The notes below the pieces were generated by a model. The model did not search any database, was not told the origin of the DNA, and worked only from the letters and a program-made list of their open reading frames with translations. From Minisyncoccota bacterium (GTDB taxonomy: Bacteria > Patescibacteriota > Minisyncoccia > Phycocordibacterales > JABAAK01), in assembly GCA_965222235.1 (NCBI GenBank), contig OZ244939.1, positions 400,107-464,106 on the forward strand: 64,000 bases of DNA. Direction: 5' to 3'. Shown here piece by piece: positions 45,432 to 54,306 of this stretch. Numbering within the stretch: position 1 is the first letter of the stretch; each line of letters starts with the position of its first letter. The position numbers and the translations under genes were made by a program.

Positions 45432-46793
45432 TTATAGGTTAATTCTTTTAATGATGGATTCAAAATCCTTTTGTACAATTGAATTTTCATCCAACCCCTT
45501 CTGTATTTTTTCACATGCGTGCATAACAGTTGTATGATCTCTATCGCCAAACTGCTTTCCTATAAATGAATAAGAGAGATCAAAGTGTTCCCTAAAAATA
45601 TACATAATGATCTGCCGTGCATGAACCACCTCCCTTTTTCGTATTTTGGTGGATAGTATGCCGGGATCCAGATTATAAAAATCACAGACAATATCAACCA
45701 CCTTCTCATAAGAAATGGTTGTTTTGGACCGTACATGGTTCCTTATGAACCTTTTAACCTCCTCAAGCCCTATTTCTTGATGGGGATTCTGGGCATTATG
45801 TAAATGGATGCTTTTCAATGCCCCACCAATTTCCCGTATATTTTGAGAGATTTTTTCAACAATATAATCTATAGCCCCCGGCGTGAGATTAATATTCATT
45901 TTCAGAGCTTTTTCAGTACACACAATGCGCATATCTTCATATTTTGGCTGCTCAATATCAATAACAACACCAGAATTAAGGCGGGTTTTAATACGGTCCT
46001 CCATTTTTTCAAGCTGTGTCGGGGATTGGTCAGAAGAAAGAACAATCTGGGCGTTTTTGTTTATCAGAGCGTTAAAAAGGTGGAAAACCTCAACCAGGGT
46101 GGATTCACTCTTCTGTAAAAAATGGATATCATCTATAATAAATAATTGATAGCTCTGATAGGTACTTCTGAATTCCTTCACCCTGTCCCGCTTTATAGCA
46201 TTTATAAAATTTTCCATAAAGGTTTCACTTGAAATATAATACACATTAAGTGGGGGGTTAATTTTTTTAATCCGGTTCCCTATCGCCTGAAGAAGATGTG
46301 TTTTTCCAACCCCCGTCGGTCCGTAAACATAGAACGGATTGTACAGTGTTCCGAATTTTTCTATAATGGCCTGCGCCGCGGTGTATGCAAACCTGTTATA
46401 TGGAGCAATAATAAAATCTTCAAAATCAAAATCCGGATTGAGATTTGTTTCTATATCAAATATCTTGAGATCAAGAGGGACACTTTTCCCCGGATCAGCG
46501 GCCCGCCTCTTTTTCTTCGCCGTCCTTCTTGAAATGGTGAGTTTAATACTCCGCACATTCGGACTTATCTTGATCACTTCCGTAGCAATTATACTCTGAT
46601 AATTTTTCTGAATCCACCCGCGAGTGAGCTCATTCGGAACCCCTAATACTAACACCCTTCCCCCATTCTCAAAGCGCATCGGATAAACACCAGAGAGCCA
46701 CGTATTAAAACTGTTTGCGGAAATATATTCCTTTACTGTTTTTGATGCTTCATTCCATAAAGACTGCATATCAAAAACTTGTGCAACATCCAT
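45432..46793 (-). CDS. dnaA: Chromosomal replication initiator DnaA.
   Basis: It has the AAA+ Walker A GPTGVGKTHLL, sensor motifs, and the C-terminal DNA-binding domain ending ...HTTVMHACEKI. Confidence 0.9.
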   Translation of the reverse strand: MDVAQVFDMQSLWNEASKTVKEYISANSFNTWLSGVYPMRFENGGRVLVLGVPNELTRGWIQKNYQSIIATEVIKISPNVRSIKLTISRRTAKKKRRAADPGKSVPLDLKIFDIETNLNPDFDFEDFIIAPYNRFAYTAAQAIIEKFGTLYNPFYVYGPTGVGKTHLLQAIGNRIKKINPPLNVYYISSETFMENFINAIKRDRVKEFRSTYQSYQLFIIDDIHFLQKSESTLVEVFHLFNALINKNAQIVLSSDQSPTQLEKMEDRIKTRLNSGVVIDIEQPKYEDMRIVCTEKALKMNINLTPGAIDYIVEKISQNIREIGGALKSIHLHNAQNPHQEIGLEEVKRFIRNHVRSKTTISYEKVVDIVCDFYNLDPGILSTKIRKREVVHARQIIMYIFREHFDLSYSFIGKQFGDRDHTTVMHACEKIQKGLDENSIVQKDFESIIKRINL

Positions 46794-46974
46794 ATACTCC
46801 CATTTTTCCTTAAAACATACTAAATAAGCAAGGGAGGATTATATGAAAAAGGTTAGAAAAATGGTACACTGAATAAAGTGTAATGTGTATAACTTGTTGA
46901 TTACTAGAGGTGGGCGACCATTGCATCAATGTGAGGTATCCTGTATAATCAAAAATCCTACTTAACTATATTTT
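46794..46974. promoter_or_regulatory. Divergent dnaA/rpmH promoter region with a further DnaA-box-like site (candidate oriC part).
   Basis: TGTGTATAA at 46884-46892; the AT-rich context matches the classical rpmH-dnaA origin arrangement. Confidence 0.4.
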
Positions 46975-47097
46975 ATGAAAATAAAAGTTAAAAAAAGAAT
47001 GAAAAAGCACGGTTTTTTAGCGCGCAGCAAAACCCCGGGCGGTCGTCGCGTGCTTGCCCGCCGAAGATCTAAAGGAAGGTCTAAGATAAGTGTATAA
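46975..47097 (+). CDS. rpmH: 50S ribosomal protein L34.
   Basis: Hand translation gives [40 protein letters not shown]. This gene is not in the ORF track because it is under 60 aa. Confidence 0.85.
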   Translation: MKIKVKKRMKKHGFLARSKTPGGRRVLARRRSKGRSKISV

Positions 47098-47114
47098 GGA
47101 TTTTTCACAGCAAT

Positions 47115-47411
47115 ATGAAAACATCACTACACCATCAGGAGATAGCAGAAATTCTAAAAAAAGGAAAAAGAGTAGTGGCTGAGGGTATTGTTGTTGTGCA
47201 CAAAGGAAAGAAGGGGGGGGTGAAGCGGTATGCAATTATTATTTCAAAGAAAAAAATAAAGAAAAACTCCGATCGTAATAAGGTTCGGAGAATAATCAGG
47301 GAGGTGCTCCGAGAAATTGACCCCCAATATTCCCCGATGGTTATCTTGTGTACCAAAACACACTATAATTACAAAACAGTGAAAGATGCGCTCTCCGTCA
47401 TTAAACTGTAG
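47115..47411 (+). CDS. rnpA: RNase P protein component.
   Basis: 98 aa, basic. Its position between rpmH and yidC and its motifs (KKGKRV, KKIKKNSDRNKVRRIIRE) fit RnpA. Confidence 0.7.
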   Translation: MKTSLHHQEIAEILKKGKRVVAEGIVVVHKGKKGGVKRYAIIISKKKIKKNSDRNKVRRIIREVLREIDPQYSPMVILCTKTHYNYKTVKDALSVIKL

Positions 47412-47425
47412 TATAATTTATAAAT

Positions 47426-48124
47426 ATGGAATTTTTCTTTACTGTGTTCTACCAGCCGATCATTAATCTGCTTTTTTGGGGCATAGATTTAATACATACC
47501 CACAGCCTCGCTTTCGGTATATTGGTTTTGGTTGTTGTGGTAAAGGTTTTAATTCTTCCGCTTTCAGTCAAAAACATAAAAATTCAGATACGGATAAAAT
47601 CAATATCTGATGATCTGAAAAATATACGGAACAATATAAAGGATAAGAAAGAACAGGCAGAAAAAACAATTGAACTTTACAAAAAAGCGGGTATAAATCC
47701 AATAACCCCCATATTTCTTCTTCTCCTCCAAATTCCACTGTTTATAACAATGTTTTTTGTTATAAGGGATGTCGGAAAAGAAGACTTTTCATTTGATCAT
47801 CTTTATAGTTTTATACCTCAGAATATACCCGACTTTTACTTCCTCTCATTCAATTTAACCGATTCAGGGAGTATATCTATGTCTGTATTGGTTGGGGTGA
47901 CACAGTATATTCTTATGTACTACTCACAAAAAAATGTGGCGGCTGATATGATCTCGGGAACACAAAAGATCTTTTTCTTGGTCCTGCTCCCGGTCTTTGC
48001 CGGGGCGGTCTCCTTCTTTTTTGTAACGGCGGTCGGTCTGTATTGGTTTGTTAATAATATCATCTCTATACTCCAGGAAGTGACTGTGCTAAAATTCCTT
48101 CGGATAAAATGGAACAGACTATAA
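47426..48124 (+). CDS. yidC: Membrane protein insertase YidC/Oxa1, short form.
   Basis: Five-TM-core pattern with ...PLFITMFFVIRD... 232 aa, after rnpA. Confidence 0.8.
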   Translation: MEFFFTVFYQPIINLLFWGIDLIHTHSLAFGILVLVVVVKVLILPLSVKNIKIQIRIKSISDDLKNIRNNIKDKKEQAEKTIELYKKAGINPITPIFLLLLQIPLFITMFFVIRDVGKEDFSFDHLYSFIPQNIPDFYFLSFNLTDSGSISMSVLVGVTQYILMYYSQKNVAADMISGTQKIFFLVLLPVFAGAVSFFFVTAVGLYWFVNNIISILQEVTVLKFLRIKWNRL

Positions 48125-49435
48125 CCGTAACATCCATAGTGATAAGTCATTTTTGTTAACGAAGATGAAAAACTCGCCATCATCACTCACCGTCGGGCGG
48201 ATGATGTCAAAGGCTTCATTTCCTGACAAAAGTTTAATATCATCCTGATCAGGAGACATGATAAGTTTTTTCTCACCGGTTACGGCATCAATTTGTATAA
48301 CAGAATCACTCAGTGTAATATCTCCCTGATACCAGGAATCAGGAAAAACGGTTTCATAGCCGGAAAGGGTGCTTGAGGGCACCGAATTCGGGACCGCACA
48401 CACAAAGACCCCGTTGAATCCGTCACATTTTTCCGGAACGGTGCTGGGCAGGGCTATAGATGTTTTTCTTGATTGGTCCGTAACTAATGTTTTCCCCACA
48501 AAACTACCAGGAACAGATTCATACAGCACAAAGAAACCGGAGGTTGTGTCCACCAGCGCGGATCCGCCGGAAGAGATATCAACAAATCTGTTGATGGGGA
48601 CCTTGCCCGCCGGATCAACCAGATATACATATCCTCTTGCATATTTTGAAATCGGGGTGGAGATGGTGATATAATCATTTCTTCCCCAGCGCGGAAGCCA
48701 GTTGGTAAAATGTGATTCCCACACAATTTCAGTTTTTTCCGGGTTTGAAACATCAACAACAATACCTATAACCCTATCATCAACCTCCCTGATAAAAAAG
48801 AGGTTTGTTTCATTATCTGTCGCAACCCGTATATTATTTTCAAACAACTGGATACCATCATTTCCTCCGACCGGGGCAAACGGAACAAAGGCGGACTTAA
48901 CGGTAAATTCATCCTCCCCACTTTCATATAAAATTAGGGAGGTGTCATTAGAGAATATATACCCCTCAAGAACCTTGGTGAATTCACCCGCGGCGATCAG
49001 GTTCAGGGTGTATGGGGCTGTACGGATACTATACCGGTTTCCCCTACCCTGCTCAATAACCCTTATTTCCCATGAATCCGCATCAGCCCTATCAACACGA
49101 TACCCAGCGGTCGGTCCTTTAAAAAGTCTCACCAATCTCGGCAGTGATTGAAGTGTATCCTCGTTAGGCCGGTTAGGGGCGGTGTATATACGATCATCAC
49201 GTGAGTCGTCAATTTCACCGACATCTTCGGGAAAAGAAAAAATCGGTTGTTCTGTTATATCAATACTCTCAAGACCCAACTGGTCACCAATAAGGGTCTT
49301 TTTGGTGGGATCGGTAAGGGGTCTTTTATCAATATCTCCCCCACTGTCTTTTATAAAGAAAAAATAGAGCAACAAAACAACAAATAAAAAGAACAGAGAG
49401 CCGACGATAAAGAAAACGAAGATGTTTTTACTCAT
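48119..49435 (-). CDS. Membrane-anchored extracytoplasmic hypothetical protein.
   Basis: Trimmed to MSKNIFVFFIVGSLFFLFVVLLL (N-terminal TM helix). About 430 aa with no recognisable domain. Confidence 0.4.
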   Translation of the reverse strand: MSKNIFVFFIVGSLFFLFVVLLLYFFFIKDSGGDIDKRPLTDPTKKTLIGDQLGLESIDITEQPIFSFPEDVGEIDDSRDDRIYTAPNRPNEDTLQSLPRLVRLFKGPTAGYRVDRADADSWEIRVIEQGRGNRYSIRTAPYTLNLIAAGEFTKVLEGYIFSNDTSLILYESGEDEFTVKSAFVPFAPVGGNDGIQLFENNIRVATDNETNLFFIREVDDRVIGIVVDVSNPEKTEIVWESHFTNWLPRWGRNDYITISTPISKYARGYVYLVDPAGKVPINRFVDISSGGSALVDTTSGFFVLYESVPGSFVGKTLVTDQSRKTSIALPSTVPEKCDGFNGVFVCAVPNSVPSSTLSGYETVFPDSWYQGDITLSDSVIQIDAVTGEKKLIMSPDQDDIKLLSGNEAFDIIRPTVSDDGEFFIFVNKNDLSLWMLRL

Positions 49436-49515
49436 AAAGGCAGTATACAAGAAAATCAATCAACCAAATAAACAAGCACAACCAATCCGACATGCTTCAG
49501 TCCGGAATTCACCCA

Positions 49516-50022
49516 TCATCGGGGACCGGAGTCTCTGGGATCGTGGTGGGGATTGGGGGGATCGGAGGGATCGGGGGGCGAGACCCCCGCTGGCGGAGTC
49601 TGCAAAAGCTTGGGATTGAGCAGGTTGGGATTAACAAAATTCAACAGTAAATATGAAAGTAAGAGGAGGGCAACGCCGAAAAAAATGTCAAAAAGTTTCC
49701 CTTTTTTAACCACTATATCACTGACCTTCCCGACCAATTGCGCATAAATTAATTGTGTCCCGTATATGGCGAGCATAACAACAAGAGCTATTCCGACTAT
49801 TGAGAATAATAGTCGCATAACCAAACTGAGGACTGTTCTAATTTGGCCGATGTTTTCCGTGGGATCAAGACTCAAACTTGAAAGGGAGAAAATGTTTGTC
49901 GCAAACCCGACCGCCTTCTCTGCAGACACACAGAGTGGAAAAAGTAGTATAAAAAATATACTACAGATTAATAGTAAAATTATTTTCTTCTTTTTGTAAG
50001 CCATTATGTGTATTTTTCGCAC
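49516..50022 (-). CDS. VirB2/TrbC-like small membrane protein (candidate T4SS pilin).
   Basis: A signal-peptide-like N-terminus ends in ...CVSAEKA, followed by two hydrophobic helices and a Pro-rich tail. It lies in a cluster with a VirB4-like ATPase. Confidence 0.4.
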   Translation of the reverse strand: MRKIHIMAYKKKKIILLLICSIFFILLFPLCVSAEKAVGFATNIFSLSSLSLDPTENIGQIRTVLSLVMRLLFSIVGIALVVMLAIYGTQLIYAQLVGKVSDIVVKKGKLFDIFFGVALLLLSYLLLNFVNPNLLNPKLLQTPPAGVSPPDPSDPPNPHHDPRDSGPR

Positions 50023-50968
50023 GTATTCTTAATAAAACGGAAGAAGATTCCCCCTCCGTGGAAACATCAATTTTTCTCCCCTCCTTTATATGGTTTGTGC
50101 CGTCATTAACAAACCACTTATATTCTATAACATTTTTTTCAAAATCGGGTTTGCTGAAGTAGTACGGGTATACGGAGAAGGTAACGGGCTGTTTAACCAA
50201 GGATATTTTTTGCGGAATAACGAGGTTGGAGAGGAGTCCGTGTAAGAGGGTATGAGGGTATGTAAGCAGCCGTGGCTCAACAACGGGAATATTGATAATT
50301 TTTTCAAGCGAGACAGTGTTGTCGTTTATGAGAGTTGCCTGAGCGCGGACGAAAATAAAATTATTAAGCAGCGTCCCTCCCTCTTCATATACAATACTAC
50401 TCACCCCCGGACCCCGTTCATCATGATACCGTGACTCAATTTCCCAAACGAAGGAAAAATCCTTTTCGGTGTATGTGTCGCCGTTCCGGTCAATATATTG
50501 TATTTTTGCCGAAATGCGTATCGGCGTTTGAGGCCCCGCCAACTTGTACCCCCGATACAGGGTGGGAGCCACCGAATCACCCTCCCAAAGAATATCAAAA
50601 ACCGCCGGTCTGACCCATCGGACATCCTGGGTATATCGCCTTTGATTGTGTATATCAAAATAGATAATATTGGCAACAATCTGTTTCACCGAACTATCAC
50701 TAATTTCAGTCATACTAAGCTTGTTGGCAAACTCTTCCCTTTCCTCCCCGTTCACATACCACCTTACTGATCGTATGCCTGTTGTTGAGGCATCGCCCGA
50801 TTCCACAAATATCTGAATTTTTTCTCCGGGTGACGGATGCTCCTTGTCTGCATATAGAGAATATGCGTTTGATTCTCCGTACTGTGCAAAAACAGAAACG
50901 GACAGGAAAACAGACAAAAGAACAGCAGGCACACCAAAAACCATAACAATACTATTGTTCATATACAC
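49961..50968 (-). CDS. Secreted hypothetical protein.
   Basis: N-terminal signal/TM segment; 335 aa with no recognisable family. Confidence 0.4.
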   Translation of the reverse strand: MYMNNSIVMVFGVPAVLLSVFLSVSVFAQYGESNAYSLYADKEHPSPGEKIQIFVESGDASTTGIRSVRWYVNGEEREEFANKLSMTEISDSSVKQIVANIIYFDIHNQRRYTQDVRWVRPAVFDILWEGDSVAPTLYRGYKLAGPQTPIRISAKIQYIDRNGDTYTEKDFSFVWEIESRYHDERGPGVSSIVYEEGGTLLNNFIFVRAQATLINDNTVSLEKIINIPVVEPRLLTYPHTLLHGLLSNLVIPQKISLVKQPVTFSVYPYYFSKPDFEKNVIEYKWFVNDGTNHIKEGRKIDVSTEGESSSVLLRIRAKNTHNGLQKEENNFTINL

Positions 50969-51000
50969 AGTATACGATATATTTCAGGATAGATCATATA

Positions 51001-51426
51001 TCAACCACCACCGGCCAGCAGCCGTACTCTTCTTCGCCACTTGAGATAAAACAGAAAACCCACCCACCCGGTGAAGAAACTGAAAAAAGGAATGGATTCC
51101 ATGATAAAGACACCGGCGGCAACCAGGCAGTCGTAAACAGTGTAAGATCCTTTCGGAGATGCAAGCACAATAGCATAGAATATGCAAAGAACAATGAGGG
51201 CCAAAAATAACTGCGCACCGAAAATAATAATAAGAACCCCGAAGATGTCTTCCGCAAATCCGAAAGGATCCCCGAAAAACTCAAGAACGGTCGCGACCGC
51301 TCCGACCACCACAGCGGGCTTCAATGCGAGTCCTTGTATGGTGGTGAGAAAAACCCCGATGAATTCAGCAATTGCGACAACACCCGAGAAAAGAATGACG
51401 GATAGAGATGGAAAGGCTTTGATCAT
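51001..51426 (-). CDS. Small polytopic membrane protein.
   Basis: 141 aa with about 4 TM helices. It overlaps the VirB4 start by 4 nt, which implies translational coupling. Confidence 0.4.
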   Translation of the reverse strand: MIKAFPSLSVILFSGVVAIAEFIGVFLTTIQGLALKPAVVVGAVATVLEFFGDPFGFAEDIFGVLIIIFGAQLFLALIVLCIFYAIVLASPKGSYTVYDCLVAAGVFIMESIPFFSFFTGWVGFLFYLKWRRRVRLLAGGG

Positions 51427-53207
51427 GAGGTATTTTCTTTTTCGGCGAGCAGTTGCGACGGATCGGATGTGATAATTTTATCCTCAGTAAAGGATGCAAC
51501 GATCTTTATCCCCACCCGTTTGAGTCCGGCTATAAATAACCCTTCGCCGACAGATGCCTCCAACAGAAGATACTTCTCACTATCGGTCAGGTTAAACACC
51601 TCCTGCACAAAGCTAATAGATGTTGCGGACTGTCTCAGAAGAAGGATAAGCGACGCATTATTCAGTATCGGTTTCCCATACTGTGAGCGGAGAAAGTCGC
51701 TCACATCCTGCGTTATCGTTCCAACCCCCAGATAATATTTTCTTCCCCGCTTCACCAGGCCGAAAAGGAAAGAGGCAGTGTCATCTGACTGCATCATCAC
51801 CCATGCCTCGTCAACCACAAGAAGCCGTTTCTTCAGACTTTTCTTCACGTTATTCCAGATAAATCGCGTAATAATATACATAGCCGCAGGTTTCAGTTCT
51901 TCCTCCATGTCACGGATGGAGAACACCACAAACTGTTTATCCATATCAACATTAGTAGGTTGGTTAATGAAGCCGGACCACGAGCCGTCCGTATATCTGC
52001 TCAGGCGCTCCGCAAGCTGCTCCCCTCCCTCAATACCCGCAAGAACCAGAGAAAAATCAGACATAAGGGGCGGCTCCATAGAATCAAAGTTGCCCGCCTC
52101 CGTTATATCTTTCAGTGCGTATGTTTCCCGCAGAGCCCTGTCAGTAATTGATTCTTCTTCCTGGGTCAGTCCGCCGAGCAATACACGGAATAAGCCGATA
52201 AGATTAATCAGCGCACTCCGCAGAACGTCAGCCGGATTTTCATCATCTCCGACCGGAGGCAGGTCAAAAGGATTGATATGATTTTTAGAATTCAGAGAAA
52301 CATTAAAATGTCTACCTCCGGTTGCCTGCGCGAGGCGTTCAAATTCCCGTTCCGGGTCTATGACGATAACATTTATACCAATCATGAGAGATCGCAGCAC
52401 CTCGAGTTTCATCGCATATGATTTCCCCGCACCGGAGGTGGCAAAGGTGACGGAATTATAGTTCGGGAGGGAGAAGCGATCAAAGAGAATGAGTGACGCA
52501 TTGTGCTGGTTCACGCCGTACAGAATACCCCGATCGGCGGACAGGTCAAAGGAAACAAACGGAAACAGGCTTGAAAGCGGGTCAGAATTCAGTTTGGTAT
52601 GTATGTCAAGCAGATCAGTGCCGAACGGACTCGTACTCTTAAACCCCTGTTCCTGTTGAAAAATAGTCGGCTTGATGAAGATGAGACGCCCCTCAAGGAT
52701 GGAACGGATGTCCTTTTCAACATCGTTTATCTCATCCATACTCTCGCCGTAAATAGTGATATATACACCAACCTCAAACAATTTTTCCGTCGCCTGCTGT
52801 ATGTTGTCCCGCAGCAGCTCGAGGTCCTGATGGGCGGTGTCAAGTTTGGGATCACGCACCATCCCCTTCCGTTCCCGTTCAATGATTTGACTTTCCACCT
52901 GGGCGACCTTTCTTCGGAACGTCCGAAGAACGTCCTTAGATTCCATGGGATGTATGAATATGGAAATATCAAACTCCCTACTGATGTTTATAATCGGAGA
53001 GAACCAACCCTCGTTCAGGAAGCGTGGGTATGAAACAATAGCAAAAGAGCGGACCAACTTGTTCCCCAGTGATATATTCTTTGAAGTTACTTTAATCGCG
53101 GCCGGCGCAATGACATCACGGAGTCCGACACTTGCCTGGGCAAAACTTTCTTTCGGAATAAAGTCCATTATGTCGCCCTTTTTTTTATTTTTACTGAAAA
53201 TTCCCAT
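51423..53207 (-). CDS. VirB4/TrbE/CagE-family T4SS ATPase.
   Basis: It has the Walker A TSGAGKSYAMK and the Walker B LLVVDEAWVMM. 594 aa. Confidence 0.8.
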   Translation of the reverse strand: MGIFSKNKKKGDIMDFIPKESFAQASVGLRDVIAPAAIKVTSKNISLGNKLVRSFAIVSYPRFLNEGWFSPIINISREFDISIFIHPMESKDVLRTFRRKVAQVESQIIERERKGMVRDPKLDTAHQDLELLRDNIQQATEKLFEVGVYITIYGESMDEINDVEKDIRSILEGRLIFIKPTIFQQEQGFKSTSPFGTDLLDIHTKLNSDPLSSLFPFVSFDLSADRGILYGVNQHNASLILFDRFSLPNYNSVTFATSGAGKSYAMKLEVLRSLMIGINVIVIDPEREFERLAQATGGRHFNVSLNSKNHINPFDLPPVGDDENPADVLRSALINLIGLFRVLLGGLTQEEESITDRALRETYALKDITEAGNFDSMEPPLMSDFSLVLAGIEGGEQLAERLSRYTDGSWSGFINQPTNVDMDKQFVVFSIRDMEEELKPAAMYIITRFIWNNVKKSLKKRLLVVDEAWVMMQSDDTASFLFGLVKRGRKYYLGVGTITQDVSDFLRSQYGKPILNNASLILLLRQSATSISFVQEVFNLTDSEKYLLLEASVGEGLFIAGLKRVGIKIVASFTEDKIITSDPSQLLAEKENTS

Positions 53208-53219
53208 GGTTCTATTGTA

Positions 53220-53825
53220 TTATATCGACGGCGGTGTCTGGGTGTCTCCGGGATTGAATGTCTGATACAACAACTCCGTCACCTCCTCGGTTCCCAGCTG
53301 AACCGCCCGAAGACCGAGGGATCGGATATTGTTCTGTATAAAGGAGACGCGCTGCAGGAGCTGGCTTTGGTTTTCCTCAAACCTCTTCTCTTTTACATCA
53401 TCTCCTTTCTTAAAGAAGGGTAGTTTGCTGCCGCCCATATCCAGCGGCGAATAGTTAACAATAATGAAGAACTGCTTTGTCATTATCTCATTTTTCTCAG
53501 TGAAGTCATGGATAAAATTAATATACTCCCTGGTCTGGAGACGCAGCAGTTCATTCTGCTGCCCTTCGTACATAGTGTTTAAAAATTCAAGATACGGCTT
53601 GATATTGAGCCGCCGTGACTGTATGAGTACCTGAATGCCGACTTCAAGAGAGTTAAGAAGCGACTGGAACTGAAAAAGGATGGCCTCCCTCTCAACCTGC
53701 GACTTTAGGCTGAAGTTGAGTGATGAAACGAGTATAATCGCGCACAGGACACCATCATCGCGAATAACAATACCTTCGCGAATTTCCCGGACCGGAACAA
53801 ATGATTGTGTCGTGTTCTTGGTCAT
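53220..53825 (-). CDS. Hypothetical protein, possibly a detached N-terminal domain of the VirB4-like ATPase.
   Basis: It is in the same reading frame as the ATPase. A single TAA at 53220-53222 and 4 sense codons separate it from the ATPase ATG. The N-terminus VPVREIREGIVIRDDGVLCAIIL resembles VirB4 N-termini. Confidence 0.4.
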   Translation of the reverse strand: MTKNTTQSFVPVREIREGIVIRDDGVLCAIILVSSLNFSLKSQVEREAILFQFQSLLNSLEVGIQVLIQSRRLNIKPYLEFLNTMYEGQQNELLRLQTREYINFIHDFTEKNEIMTKQFFIIVNYSPLDMGGSKLPFFKKGDDVKEKRFEENQSQLLQRVSFIQNNIRSLGLRAVQLGTEEVTELLYQTFNPGDTQTPPSI

Positions 53826-54259
53826 ATGCGTACATCAACCCCGTCATCAGAAGGAGAATCATCAAATATCAGGTTTGCGTTCAGGTCGCCGATTCTTTTC
53901 AAATCAGGGTCGCCGGCCTTTTTCACCTCTCCGTCCGCAGACGATTTCTGACGCCCCCTCCTTTCAACATATGTTTCACCCTTCTCCTGTTTCCATATAT
54001 ACATTTTTTTATTCATAAAGAAACGGATGGTTGCCTGAAAAATAGTGACAAACGACTGATTATTGAGTGAAAAGAAGGAAAGAAGAAGTGCGAAAAGAAC
54101 GATAGGCACGCCGAATAATATCGCGACGATTGTGCCGGTAAAAAGAAAAAGAAAAACAAAGAGACCGGCGGCACCGCAGAGATACAACAACTGCTTGAAA
54201 TCAAGACCGAACAATATCTTATCAGTAATATCTATATTTTGTGGAACCTGAAAGCGCAT
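53822..54259 (-). CDS. VirB3-like small membrane protein.
   Basis: 145 aa with a hydrophobic hairpin followed by a charged cytoplasmic tail. It overlaps the downstream ORF by 4 nt. Confidence 0.4.
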   Translation of the reverse strand: MRFQVPQNIDITDKILFGLDFKQLLYLCGAAGLFVFLFLFTGTIVAILFGVPIVLFALLLSFFSLNNQSFVTIFQATIRFFMNKKMYIWKQEKGETYVERRGRQKSSADGEVKKAGDPDLKRIGDLNANLIFDDSPSDDGVDVRI

Positions 54260-54306
54260 ATACCTACAGTATACCGCAGAAAACTCGGGATGATTTTAGA
54301 TATACA

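Noticed and set aside
47017-47235. 72-aa minus-strand ORF over rpmH and the start of rnpA.
   Set aside because: It is antisense to the clearly conserved L34 coding sequence and is spurious.
53205-53222. Programmed read-through or recoding of the in-frame TAA in the VirB4 region.
   Set aside because: No recoding context (such as a downstream structure or a genome-wide pattern) is visible. All other genes in the window terminate normally on TAA, TAG and TGA. It is kept only as a split-gene or nonsense observation.
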